Source: Bacteroidota bacterium
GTDB taxonomy: Bacteria > Bacteroidota > Bacteroidia > Chitinophagales > Chitinophagaceae
Direction: 5' to 3'
Length of the DNA: 64,000 nt
Assembly: GCA_026391455.1 (NCBI GenBank)
Contig: JAPLEH010000041.1
Span: 39,728-103,727, forward strand
Translations under genes and position numbers: made by a program
The notes under the pieces: generated by a model
What the model was told of the DNA's origin: nothing
The model's database searches: none
Seen by the model: the letters and a program-made list of their open reading frames with translations, nothing else
Shown here: positions 27,403-37,900 of the stretch, piece by piece
How positions within the stretch are numbered: the stretch's first letter is position 1
Layout: each line of letters begins with the position of its first letter

Positions 27403-27879
27403 TTGGTTAAAAAAGGGGCTCTTTCCGGAGTCCCTTTTGTTTTTCAAGATATTTTCTACCGCCACCAGCCAGTGGTAAAATCTTGCCTATTATTGCAAAA
27501 AAATCCCCTGAAAAAAACAGTATTCTTTTTCATCGCTGCTTTAGCCTGGTTACTCATTTCCACCTGGCTGCTTACCCTTCCCGGCAATAATTTTCCTCAG
27601 GAAAACTGGATGGATAAGATCGGAGTGGACAAAATGGTGCATATTGTCATGTTTGCCCTCCTGGTGGCATTGTGGTGTATGGCATTAGGCCGCCCGAAAT
27701 TATTCATTCCTGTGGCCCTGCTGGGGCTGGTTTATGGTATTACGATGGAATTTGTACAACGGTATTGCATTGTGAACCGTTCCTTCGATGTGTGGGATAT
27801 AGTGGCCGATGCGGCAGGCTGCGTGTTAGGCTACTACGCCGTAAACTGGTATCTCAAAAGAAAGCAGCGGGTTATATAA
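27403..27879 (+). CDS. VanZ-like family membrane protein
   Basis: DKMVHIVMFALL and DIVADAAGCVLGY motifs, 3-4 TM segments. The true start is probably downstream of the TTG at 27403, giving a shorter N-terminus. Confidence 0.7.
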   Translation: MVKKGALSGVPFVFQDIFYRHQPVVKSCLLLQKNPLKKTVFFFIAALAWLLISTWLLTLPGNNFPQENWMDKIGVDKMVHIVMFALLVALWCMALGRPKLFIPVALLGLVYGITMEFVQRYCIVNRSFDVWDIVADAAGCVLGYYAVNWYLKRKQRVI

Positions 27880-27885
27880 AAAATA

Positions 27886-27907
27886 GACCCCTGTAGAAAC
27901 AGGGGTC
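27886..27907 (-). terminator. Minus-strand-oriented intrinsic terminator hairpin
   Basis: GACCCCTGT-AGAA-ACAGGGGTC is a 9-bp stem. The T-tract (TATTTTTT) follows it only on the minus strand. On the plus strand the next bases are GCAACCAAAAC. Confidence 0.6.
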
Positions 27908-28271
27908 GCAACCAAAACTAACTGCTTATGAGAAAATTGACTGTCTTTATAATGAGTTCAAAAAGTATTGTTTGATAGTATAACGCAAATTTACTGCCGG
28001 TAGTATGCTCATTGCTGTTAATGAAACTTTAAAAGGCTTTATTTAGTATTTCCACTTTATGCTTCCTCGTAAAATCGCTTACTACACTACAGCTATTACC
28101 AAGATGCTACCGGTCAACCAATTACATAGGTAATCTTGTTAAAGAATTTCAAATTGCGCTATTCAGCGCAAAAAAATCTGACAAACCATTGACAAAGAGC
28201 TGATTCTTATTTTTCCCTGTACATCCTATACTATTAAAATTTCGTGCCAGAAAATGGCTTTACAAAAAATA

Positions 28272-28302
28272 ATAGCCGTTACGGTAAACCCGTAACGGCT
28301 AT
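28272..28302 (-). terminator. Rho-independent terminator of the glycine-rich protein gene
   Basis: ATAGCCGTTACGG-TAAAC-CCGTAACGGCTAT is a 13-bp stem. On the minus strand it is followed by TATTTTTTGT. It lies 21 bp after the stop. Confidence 0.85.
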
Positions 28303-28322
28303 ATAAACACGTGAAATCTGTT

Positions 28323-28964
28323 TTAGTTGAAAAACCCTTTGATCAGATCCATTAATCCGCCACCGCCACTGCTTTGTCTTTCCTGCAAACTGTTTTGGGC
28401 TTTTTGTGTCAGGTTACCAATAATATCCTGCAGGTCAAATCCGCCACCATTACCGCTATTGGCAGTATTTCCGCCGCCGGTAAACTGCTCTAACAGGTTC
28501 TGAAGGGCTCCGCCACCACCGCCGGAGGATTGACCACCACCTCCGGTAAGCGATCCGATAAGGCCATCTAGGGTGAAGCCGGGATTCTCGGGGTTTTTGG
28601 TTTCAGTGATGATACCATTGAGGGCATTGGGGATGAGTGTATTCGCCACATTGCTGGCAGAAGAAGGGCTCATATTGTACTTGCCCACCAGTTTGCTGAT
28701 AAAATAACCCACCATCATGCTCACCATCGGATTTTTAACCAATGAGGCAATACCTCCACCGCCGCCAGATGAACTACCACCTCCTTTGAACAGATCGAGG
28801 ATGTTCTGAAAGCCGCCCCCGGCCATCACATTCTGAAATCCATTGGCGATGGTTTTAGTGGCATCGGCCATCACATCATTGTTATGCTCATTCGGTACAT
28901 CCGGATTGTTTACAACGGTATCCTGTCCAAACTGTTTTACAATATTGAAAAGCTGGTCTAACAT
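28323..28964 (-). CDS. Glycine-rich modular protein of unknown function (possibly DUF937-like)
   Basis: Six short amphipathic helix motifs are separated by poly-Gly/Ser linkers: MLDQLFNIVKQF, FQNILDLFKGGG, LDGLIGSLTGGGG, LQNLLEQFTGGG, DLQDIIGNL and LMDLIKGFF. No signal peptide. The Met at 28964 is preferred over 28985. Confidence 0.7.
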   Translation of the reverse strand: MLDQLFNIVKQFGQDTVVNNPDVPNEHNNDVMADATKTIANGFQNVMAGGGFQNILDLFKGGGSSSGGGGGIASLVKNPMVSMMVGYFISKLVGKYNMSPSSASNVANTLIPNALNGIITETKNPENPGFTLDGLIGSLTGGGGQSSGGGGGALQNLLEQFTGGGNTANSGNGGGFDLQDIIGNLTQKAQNSLQERQSSGGGGLMDLIKGFFN

Positions 28965-29022
28965 ACTAACTGATTTGCCGGGCATCTTTATGAAATACCC
29001 GATGTAAATAAATGTGGTTTCG

Positions 29023-29030
29023 CAAAACTA
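29023..29030 (-). promoter_or_regulatory. Candidate -7 box TAGTTTTG for the glycine-rich protein gene
   Basis: The + strand reads CAAAACTA, 38-59 nt upstream of the candidate starts. Confidence 0.35.
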
Positions 29031-29094
29031 ATTTAAGGCATCCCCGGTTGCGGGCATAAAATATTTCCGTTATCTCTGTTGGTTAAAAAGCAGA

Positions 29095-30159
29095 TCAGGC
29101 TTGCTTGGTTAATTTCTCCGCATTCTCTGCAAACTGTAATGCGTCGATCAGTTCATTGATATCACCATTGAGCACTGCGTCGAGATTATACAAGGTAAGA
29201 CCGATACGATGGTCGGTAACCCGTCCCTGGGGAAAATTATACGTGCGGATCTTGGCACTGCGGTCGCCGGTACTCACCAGACTTTTCCGGTGGCGGGAAA
29301 TTTCTTCTTCTTGCTTACGCACCTGTTCTTCATAGAGTTTGGTTCGCAGCATGCCCATTGCTTTCTCCCGGTTGCCCAACTGAGAGCGTTCTGTCTGGCA
29401 TATCACTACGGTGCCCGTGGGTATATGCGTAAGCATTACTTTGGTTTCTACTTTATTTACGTTCTGTCCGCCTGCACCGCCACTTCGTGCGGTCTCCATT
29501 TTTACATCGGCAGGGTTGAGTTCAAAATCCACTTCTTCTGCTTCCGGCATTACGGCCACCGTAGATGCGGAAGTATGTACACGACCAGATGCTTCGGTGG
29601 CCGGAACACGTTGTACGCGATGAACCCCGCTTTCAAATTTAAGCGTACCATATACATCTTCACCGGTCACTTCCAATTGCACTTCTTTGTATCCGCCCAC
29701 GCTGCCTTCATTTTCACTGAGGATGGCGGTCTTCCATCCTCTTCTTTCGCAATAACGCATATACATGCGCAACAGGTCTCCGGCAAAAAGGCTGGCTTCA
29801 TCACCACCGGTACCTGCTCTTATTTCAAGTATGGCATTCTTATCATCCTGAGGGTCTTTGGGTATCAACAACTGACGGATATATACTTCCATTTCTGTCT
29901 TGCGTTCTTCCGCAGCAGGTGCTTCCATTTTGGCGAGCTCTCTCATTTCTTCATCCGTACCTTCCAGCGCTTCTTTGTAAAACGAAATATCATCCAGAAT
30001 TTTCCGATAATCAGTATACGCTTGTACGATCTTTTCCAGGCTTCGGTACTCCTTGCTGGTCTCCGCAAATTTTTTGTTATTGCTGACGATCTCCGGGTTG
30101 GTGAGGGCTACTCCCAACTGGTCAAATCTTGCTTTTATGGCTTCCAGCCTGTCTAACAT
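29095..30159 (-). CDS. prfA: Peptide chain release factor 1
   Basis: RF1-specific PAT tripeptide context ([14 protein letters not shown]) and the GGQ motif ([14 protein letters not shown]). Confidence 0.95.
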   Translation of the reverse strand: MLDRLEAIKARFDQLGVALTNPEIVSNNKKFAETSKEYRSLEKIVQAYTDYRKILDDISFYKEALEGTDEEMRELAKMEAPAAEERKTEMEVYIRQLLIPKDPQDDKNAILEIRAGTGGDEASLFAGDLLRMYMRYCERRGWKTAILSENEGSVGGYKEVQLEVTGEDVYGTLKFESGVHRVQRVPATEASGRVHTSASTVAVMPEAEEVDFELNPADVKMETARSGGAGGQNVNKVETKVMLTHIPTGTVVICQTERSQLGNREKAMGMLRTKLYEEQVRKQEEEISRHRKSLVSTGDRSAKIRTYNFPQGRVTDHRIGLTLYNLDAVLNGDINELIDALQFAENAEKLTKQA

Positions 30160-30216
30160 AAAAATGCTGTATCCGGTGTTTTACCCCGATACCAGGGGTA
30201 CCGGTTTTACGGGCAG

Positions 30217-30224
30217 CAAAAGTA
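30217..30224 (-). promoter_or_regulatory. Candidate -7 box TACTTTTG for prfA
   Basis: The + strand reads CAAAAGTA, 58 nt upstream of the prfA ATG. Confidence 0.3.
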
Positions 30225-30282
30225 GCAAAGAATAACGGGTAAAGAATTGGGTTTTGGAATTTGTTTTCAGGAATTTTACATC

Positions 30283-31461
30283 ATGACTTTTCTAAAATGG
30301 AAACCGACCCGGCTATTCGACGGCCAATCTTTCCGGGAAAACAATGCAGTGCTCATCACCCGTGCAGACGGTACTGTTGAAAATATCATTGCGGCGGAAG
30401 ATGCCGGCGATGAAATTCAGGAATTGAAGGGCATTCTTTCACCCGGGTTCATCAATTGTCATTGCCACCTCGAGCTCAGTCACCTGAAAGATGTAATACC
30501 GCCCCATACAGGGCTCATCGAATTTTTATGTTCGGTTGTTACCAAACGGGGCTTTTCTCCCGATATCGTGCAGGAAGCCATTGTGAAAGCAGAAAAAGAA
30601 ATGTACGATAACGGAATTGTGGGGGTAGGTGATATTGGGAATACGGCAGATACAGCATTGGTAAAAAGCAGGAGCCTTATCTATTGGCAGAATTTTACAG
30701 AAGTGCTTGGCTTTACCGATGAGAAAGCGGCTGAAAACATGGCGCATTATTCGTCAGTAGCAGCAGCACTACAACAGGCACTCAGCCAATCTGCATTACC
30801 CCATCGTACATCGCTTGTGCCACATGCCCCTTATAGTATATCGCCCGATACATTTCGACTGATCAATGCACTCACTGAAAACAAGATCATTTCCCTCCAT
30901 AATCAGGAGCATCCAGCCGAAGATGACCTTTATAAAACCGGCGGGGGTGAATACCTGAAATTTTTTCGCATTTTCGGAATGAACGGTTCTCCTTTACCTG
31001 TAACCGGTATGAGTAGTATCCGTTCTGTATTGCCTTATTTCAATAAAGGGCAAACCATACTGCTCGTTCACAACAGTTATATGCCAGAAGAAGATATAGT
31101 ATGGGCCAATGCGTATGCAGCACAAACAGGGCTTACACTTATCTATTGCCTTTGCATTAATGCCAACCTGTATATTGAAAATCATGTGCCACCTGTAGCG
31201 TTGCTGATGAAACATCATTGTAAGATTGTATTGGGAACAGACAGCTACAGCAGTAATTGGCAGTTGAGCATTACCAGCGAAATAGCTTCGTTGCGGAAGC
31301 ATTTACCGGATTTGCCGGAAGCAACCATTTTGCAATGGGCTACCGGCAACGGGGCCAGTGCGCTGCAATGGCAGGACACGCTGGGAAGTTTTGCGTCAGG
31401 AAAAAAACCGGGCTTGGCATTGATAGATGAAGACTATCATCGTTCGGTGCGCTTGCTGTAA
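30283..31461 (+). CDS. Amidohydrolase family protein (metal-dependent deaminase/chlorohydrolase-like)
   Basis: Metal-binding NCHCHLELS near the N-terminus, a later HAPYS motif and a GTDS motif. The start at MTFLKWKP (30283) is preferred. Confidence 0.8.
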   Translation: MTFLKWKPTRLFDGQSFRENNAVLITRADGTVENIIAAEDAGDEIQELKGILSPGFINCHCHLELSHLKDVIPPHTGLIEFLCSVVTKRGFSPDIVQEAIVKAEKEMYDNGIVGVGDIGNTADTALVKSRSLIYWQNFTEVLGFTDEKAAENMAHYSSVAAALQQALSQSALPHRTSLVPHAPYSISPDTFRLINALTENKIISLHNQEHPAEDDLYKTGGGEYLKFFRIFGMNGSPLPVTGMSSIRSVLPYFNKGQTILLVHNSYMPEEDIVWANAYAAQTGLTLIYCLCINANLYIENHVPPVALLMKHHCKIVLGTDSYSSNWQLSITSEIASLRKHLPDLPEATILQWATGNGASALQWQDTLGSFASGKKPGLALIDEDYHRSVRLL

Positions 31462-31473
31462 GTCCAACACGAC

Positions 31474-32220
31474 TCAACCAAGTACTTCGCGCAATACGGG
31501 CAGGCTTTTCAATGTACCAAAATCATGTATATGCAAAGCATAATACGTTTCAAAAACGTGGAGTAATCTTCGCCTGAAATCATGATTCAGTTTTATTTCA
31601 TCGAGATCGGAGGGTTGTTGGGCTTTGAGTATCTGCGAGGTCACCAGGGCCTGGTTGCCTTCCAGAAAATGCGGGTGGTGTGGTTGTTCATTCACAAAGC
31701 TGCCCTCTGCCATATCTAAAAAACAATATTCCTCATTGTAATTATCCGTCATGCGGAATCCCAGGAAATGGGAAAGATGCAGTGCATAGAAAAGAGGGAG
31801 ATTGGCCACTACCGTACCTGCGTTTCTGTCAAGTTCCAGTAAACAGTCCTCGGTAAATTGAAATAACTCCGGCTGGCTTTCGGGTGCCTTCAGCGATTTA
31901 CTGAGCATTTCGACCATGAACAGCGCTACCGCATTTTTGGAGATATCGGATAATACGCTTTCAAACACGGTGGCCCATTTGTATTCCCGAATACGGTTGA
32001 GGTGTTTCAGATCGTTGTGGTATACGACCATATCGAGCAAGGCCGCTGGTTGAAACAGGGCGGCTTTGCCTGCACTCTTTTTGGAGGAAGTACGAACACC
32101 ATTCACAAGATAGGCCTGCAGGCCAAAAAGTTCAGTAAAGAGGGTCACAATCACACTGGTTTCGCCATACTTTACCGTACGCAATACAATACCCTTCGTT
32201 TTATGCAGTTTATCCGGCAT
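31474..32220 (-). CDS. recO: DNA repair protein RecO
   Basis: The OB-fold N-terminus KTKGIVLRTVKYGETSVIVTLFTELFGLQAYLVNGVR is typical of RecO. The Met at 32220 is preferred. Confidence 0.9.
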   Translation of the reverse strand: MPDKLHKTKGIVLRTVKYGETSVIVTLFTELFGLQAYLVNGVRTSSKKSAGKAALFQPAALLDMVVYHNDLKHLNRIREYKWATVFESVLSDISKNAVALFMVEMLSKSLKAPESQPELFQFTEDCLLELDRNAGTVVANLPLFYALHLSHFLGFRMTDNYNEEYCFLDMAEGSFVNEQPHHPHFLEGNQALVTSQILKAQQPSDLDEIKLNHDFRRRLLHVFETYYALHIHDFGTLKSLPVLREVLG

Positions 32221-32343
32221 GAATAGTTTTCTGCGGTGAAGATACAACCCCCTTTAACGCACCGGATAACCTTCGGTTTTTTTACGTTTCTTTGCGGCCT
32301 GTTTAGCCCCCTGGCGGCAGGTCAATCATTTATACTTTTCTAT

Positions 32344-34662
32344 ATGTGGCACAGGCTCGGACAGTACATTTTACAATACCGGATACCGTTATTACTTACA
32401 CTGCTCGTACTTACCGGGTTCATGGGCTACCAGGCCAGCCGGGTTCAGTTGAGTTATGATTTTGCCCGCGCCATTCCCACCAATAACCCCAAATACAAGG
32501 CATATCAGGATTTTCGGAAAAAATTTGGTGAAGACGGCAATCTGCTTGTTATAGGGATTCAAACCGACAAACTTTTTACAGAGAAGATCTTTAACGCTTA
32601 TGCGGACCTGCAACGCCGGCTCAGAAAATTGCCCGGCGTGGATGATGTGGTTGCTGTTCCTTCTGCAGTCAATCTGGTGAAGATACCCGAAACGGAAAAA
32701 TTAAAAGCAGATACCATTTTTGCTGACCGTACCTTGACGCAGGCTGAAATCGACTCCGGGTCGCAAACTTTTTTAAGCCTGCCCTTTTACAAGCAATTGC
32801 TGTATAACCCGGAAACAAAGGCCTGGCTGATGGGTGTACGTATCAATAAGGATATCATGGCCTCCAGGGAACGATTGAGTATTGTACAGCAGATCGGTGG
32901 TATCGCAGATGCTTTTGGCACTGCAAACAACCTGACCGTTTATAAAAGCGGGCTTCCACATATCCGTACCGAATTATCCCTTCGCATTACCCGCGAAATG
33001 CGGTTTTTCATTGTAGCATCACTGGTTTTGTCTGCCTTGATTCTCTTGCTTTTTTTCCGTTCCTTCACTGCCATGTGGCTTTCACTGGCTGTAGTACTCA
33101 TTGGTGTAATCTGGAGCTTTGCCACGATACAGTTGTTCGGATATAAGATCAGTGTACTCAATGCCCTTATTCCACCGCTGATCGTAGTAATCGGCATTCC
33201 CAACTGTATTTATTTCCTCAATAAATACCATACTGCATACGGAGAAACGGGTGATAAGAAAAAATCATTGGTGATGATGGTGGACAGAATGGGGGTGGTT
33301 ACACTGTTTTGCAATCTGGCCGCTGCTATTGGCTTCGCTGTATTTGCAATCACGCAGAGCCAGATATTGAAAGAGTTTGGTATAGTGGCAGGTATCAATA
33401 TCATGCTGCTGTTTTTTATCTCGTTGATCTTTATACCTGCGGTGTTAAGCTTTCTGCCTCCTCCCAAAACACGTCATACCAAATACCTCGACAATCCGCA
33501 ACTCAATCGTTGGCTGGACCGCCTTGAGCGCTGGTCGCTCAATCATCGCCCGTTGATATATGGAATCACGCTGGTGCTGGTGGCGGTATCCGTCGCAGGT
33601 ACATTTAAATTAAAAACCTTAGGCTTTATAGTGGATGATCTCCCGAAAGAAGATAAACTGTATACGGATCTCCGTTTCTTTGAAAAGAACTTTGAAGGGG
33701 TAATGCCATTGGAAATATTAGTGGATACAAAAAAGAAAAGAGGCGTATTGAATCTGGATAACCTGAATAAAATTGACTCCCTCTCTCAATACCTCAACAG
33801 TATTCCCGGTGTGGCGAGGCCATTGAGTATTACGGAGGGGTTGAAATTTGCCCGGCAAGCTTTTTTTGAAGGAGACAGCAACAGTTACAGCATGCCTTCC
33901 AGCTATGATCTGCCAGCACTGGCGCAATACCTCAATTTCAAAGGGGATGGTAGCGGCACGAAGAATTCCTTTGCCCGCCTGGTGACCACATTCATGGACA
34001 GCAACCGCCAGCAGGCCCGTATCAGTGTGAGTATGGCCGATGTGGGAAGCAAGCGCCTGCCGGAAATTCTGGACAGTGTGGGCATACGGGTGAACGAACT
34101 TTTTGCCCCTGACAAGTATGATGTGCAGCTTACCGGTACCAGCGTAACCTTTCTTGAGGGCAGCAAATACATTATCAATGGCCTGAAAGACAGCATATTT
34201 TGGGCTTTTGTATTGATCGCACTCTGTATGCTTTATCTGTTCCGTTCTGCCCGTATACTGCTTTGTTCGCTTATTCCCAATATTATCCCCCTGCTGATTA
34301 CCGCGGGTCTGATGGGCTGGGCCGGCATACCGCTGAAACCCTCTACAGTATTGGTTTTCAGCGTGGCATTGGGTATTGCGATAGATGTTACGATCAGGTT
34401 TCTGGTGAATTATAAGCAGGAACTTCCCCGGAATAATTACGACATGAAGCAGACGGTCATTGAAACCATTCATGGCACGGGTATAAGCATTATCTATACC
34501 TCCCTGGTATTGATTGCGGGCTTTATCATCTTCTGTTTCAGCGGGTTCGATGGCACTAAGGCTTTGGGCTGGCTGACCTCCCTGACCCTGGTAACGGCTA
34601 CTTTTACCAACCTGGTACTGCTGCCGGCGATCCTGATTTCGTTCGTAAAAATGAAGAAATAG
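32344..34662 (+). CDS. MMPL/RND-superfamily transporter (two 6-TM bundles with periplasmic loops)
   Basis: About 770 aa with a duplicated architecture: TM1, a large loop and 5 TM segments, twice. The TM clusters are sterol-sensing-like. Start at MWHRLGQY (32344). Confidence 0.85.
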   Translation: MWHRLGQYILQYRIPLLLTLLVLTGFMGYQASRVQLSYDFARAIPTNNPKYKAYQDFRKKFGEDGNLLVIGIQTDKLFTEKIFNAYADLQRRLRKLPGVDDVVAVPSAVNLVKIPETEKLKADTIFADRTLTQAEIDSGSQTFLSLPFYKQLLYNPETKAWLMGVRINKDIMASRERLSIVQQIGGIADAFGTANNLTVYKSGLPHIRTELSLRITREMRFFIVASLVLSALILLLFFRSFTAMWLSLAVVLIGVIWSFATIQLFGYKISVLNALIPPLIVVIGIPNCIYFLNKYHTAYGETGDKKKSLVMMVDRMGVVTLFCNLAAAIGFAVFAITQSQILKEFGIVAGINIMLLFFISLIFIPAVLSFLPPPKTRHTKYLDNPQLNRWLDRLERWSLNHRPLIYGITLVLVAVSVAGTFKLKTLGFIVDDLPKEDKLYTDLRFFEKNFEGVMPLEILVDTKKKRGVLNLDNLNKIDSLSQYLNSIPGVARPLSITEGLKFARQAFFEGDSNSYSMPSSYDLPALAQYLNFKGDGSGTKNSFARLVTTFMDSNRQQARISVSMADVGSKRLPEILDSVGIRVNELFAPDKYDVQLTGTSVTFLEGSKYIINGLKDSIFWAFVLIALCMLYLFRSARILLCSLIPNIIPLLITAGLMGWAGIPLKPSTVLVFSVALGIAIDVTIRFLVNYKQELPRNNYDMKQTVIETIHGTGISIIYTSLVLIAGFIIFCFSGFDGTKALGWLTSLTLVTATFTNLVLLPAILISFVKMKK

Positions 34663-34741
34663 GCAACTTTTTCGGGTGCCTTTCGTTTTGCTAATGAAAA
34701 ACAGCTAGTTAAAAGCAGCGATCCTGCACCCTTTTTTGTCT

Positions 34742-34781
34742 GATTTAAGGCTTAATTTAATGTACGATTAAGGCTTATAAT
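34742..34781 (+). promoter_or_regulatory. Direct repeat GATT(T)AAGGCTTA(T)AAT x2 upstream of susC-like gene
   Basis: Copies at 34742-34756 and 34766-34781, 24 bp apart start to start, about 140-180 bp upstream of the SusC ATG. Confidence 0.35.
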
Positions 34782-34919
34782 CAATCATCTGGACGGATTT
34801 TCAAAAACTTAACGTTTTTTTATTTTTTTCGTACAAGGTTAACTAATTTCAGCCCCCCTAACCATGCCTTTTACAGAGGCGATGATAGGGATGTTGATTA
34901 CTTTTTATACTTAAACTAA

Positions 34920-37900
34920 ATGATCATGAGAAAACTGTTTTTACTGCTCTTTGGAGTTGTGTTTTTTGCTGTACAGGCAATGGCGCAACGAACCATTACA
35001 GGTAAGGTCACAGACGACAAAGGTCTTCCTGTAGCGAATGCATCTGTAGTTGTAAAAGGCACTACTGCCGGTACTACAACAAAACCCGATGGAACCTATT
35101 CACTGACTGTGCCTGCTAATGGCAAAGCGCTGATATTTTCCGCTGTAGATATGACTACCGTAGAAGTAGCGGTGGGCACTACTGCTGTAATTGATGCTAA
35201 AATGATCAGTGAAGAAAAAAGCTTATCTGAAGTAGTGGTAACTGCGATGGGTATCAAAAAAGATAAGAAGACGCTTGGATATGGCGTTACTCAGTTGAAC
35301 AATGCGGAAATTACAAAAGCGCATACCACTAACATCACAAATGCACTGGCAGCCAAAGTGCCCGGCGTTCGTGTAAGCGGTAGTGGTGGTTCCTTTACCG
35401 GTTCCAGCATCCTTATCAGGGGCTTTACAACCTTCACCGGTTCTAACCAGCCTTTGTTCGTCATTGATGGTATTCCCATCGATAACAGTGGTGGTGGTAG
35501 CCCCCTTCAAAATGGGGCATCGGTATCTAACCGTGCGATAGATATCAACCAGGATGACATTGAATCCATGAGCGTACTGAAAGGCCCTTCTGCTGCGGTA
35601 CTCTATGGTTCACGTGCATCTAATGGTGTGATCCTGATTACTACCAAAAAAGGAAAATCCGGTAAGAAAGCTTCTATTCAGTTTTCTACTACCTACCAAC
35701 TGGAAAACGTAAACCGTTTCCCTGAATACCAGAATGAATATGCACAGGGTAACAGTGGTTTGTTTTCACCCGTTGCACAAACTTCATGGGGTCCCCGGAT
35801 CACCGGTCAGACAGTGGCTAATGCATACGACCCCTATACGAATACCAATACACGTTCTGAGCAATTGGCCGCGTATCCCAATAACGTATCGGACCTCTTC
35901 AGAAACGGTATCAACTGGCAAAATAACCTGGCTTTCTCTGGTGGTACAGATAAAAACACGTTCCGTTTTTCTTACGGACATTTGAGAAATACCGGCGTTC
36001 TGGCAAACAATGTGCTTACCCGCCATAACTTTACGATCAATACCAGTTCTAAAGTAAATAACTACCTGACTGTTTCTGTGACTGGTACTTATTCCAATAA
36101 TGCTTCCCGCAGAACACAACAGGGTAACCAATTGAGTAACCCGCTCTTCCGTGGCTGGTTCACTCCCCGCAGCTACAACCTTACCAGCCTTGCATTTGAA
36201 GATGCTGCAGGTAATCAGCGTTATCCCCTTGGTGAAGACAACCCTTATTGGACCATCAAGCATAACCGTGTACGTGATGAGATCAACCGTTTTATCGGTA
36301 ACGTTTCTTTCAACTTCCGTTTGACCAAATGGCTGCAGGCGGATTATAAAATCGGTACCGATGCCTACTCACTTTTCCGCCATGCATACGATCAGATCGG
36401 TGCACGCGGTGGTGCTAGTACCAATGCAAACGGTGTGGGCGGTGTACGTGAAGTACGCAGCAACTACCGCAGCATCAACTCCAATGGTTTCTTTACAGCT
36501 ACCAAAAGGCTGAAAAGCTGGACAGGTACAGCTATCGTAGGTACAGAGTTTCAGCAGATCTACACCAACTTTGCCCAGCTTGATGGAAAGGGTGTAATCG
36601 TAAGAGATTTTGAGCAACTGAATAACACCACTACGTATAGCCCTGCTCCGCAGAACTCTTCTTCCAAAACCAGGTTACTTGGTTTCTACGGAGATTTCAC
36701 GATTGGTTATAAAAGTATTTTCAGCTTAAATGCTACATTGAGAAATGACGTTTCGTCTACTTTCAAACCCGGAAACAACTCTTATCTCTACAATGGTTTC
36801 GGAGGTTCGGTTAACCTGACTGAACTGTTCCCTAAAATGAAGAGTAAAGTAATTGACAACCTGAAGATCCGCGGTAATATCGCTACGGTAGGTAAAGCAG
36901 GTGGTGACTTCGTATACTCTACCGACTCCTATTTCGCCGGAGCAGCTTCTGCTGATGGATTCGGACCCACTATTGCATTCCCCTTCAACGGTATTCAGGG
37001 CTTTACCTTAGGTAATGGCGCCGGCAACCCTGCACTGGGTCCTGAGTTTACTACCAACAAAGAAGTAGCGCTGGAATTATCGCTCTTCAAGGGAAGATTC
37101 ACTTTTGAAATCACCAAGTATAAGCAGACTTCAAAAGACCTGATTTTCGCTGTTCCTAATTCAGCTACATCCGGTATCACTTCTGTGGTACAGAATGCAG
37201 GTAACCTTTCAAACAAGGGTATTGAACTTGGAACCAATATCATTCCAATTAAAACCAAATCTTTCGACTGGACCATCAATTTCAATTATACCCAGTTCAA
37301 AAGTTTTGTGGACAAACTTGCACCTGGTGTAACCAATATATTCCTGGGTGGATTTGTAACTCCTAACATTCGTCTGGTAGAAGGTGATGAATATGGTCAG
37401 ATCTATGGTAATGCTTATCAGCGTGATGCCAAAACCGGTAAAATCATCGTAGGTGCAAACGGTCTTCCGCTGATCACTTCCGGTGTACAGAAGATTGGTA
37501 ACCCCAATCCCAAATACCAGATCGGTATGACCAATACCTTTAATTACAAGACCTTCAGCCTTTCTATCCTGATCGATTACAAAAAAGGTGGAGATCAGTA
37601 CTCCAGAAATCTGGCTGACCTGCGCCGTAACGGTGTGGCTATTGAAACAGCAGAGTTCCCCCGCTATGATGGCGCTGGTGTATTGCAAAAGCCTTACCTG
37701 TTCGATGCAGTTTATGCCAACGGTACGCCAAATACAACTTACGTGTCTGCTCAGGACTACTGGGGTAACAGTGGAGTATATGCAGCAGCAGAAGGTTTCA
37801 TTGTTGAAACTACCTGGTTCCGTATCAGGGAAGCTTCACTCAGCTATTCACTGCCTTCTTCTATGCTGAGCAAAACACCATTCAGCAATATGGAGTTCAG

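Noticed and set aside
29209-30156. 315-aa plus-strand ORF antisense to prfA
   Set aside because: It is fully nested antisense to release factor 1, which has unambiguous PAT and GGQ motifs. The translation is Phe/His/Cys-rich and unlike real proteins. Treated as a shadow ORF.
33718-34473. 251-aa minus-strand ORF antisense to the MMPL transporter. Similar antisense ORFs occur at 9844-10419, 45166-45861, 47618-48148, 52231-52950, 55421-56014 and 60416-61099.
   Set aside because: All are contained within long, motif-supported genes on the other strand. Their composition is implausible and none has an independent start context or terminator.
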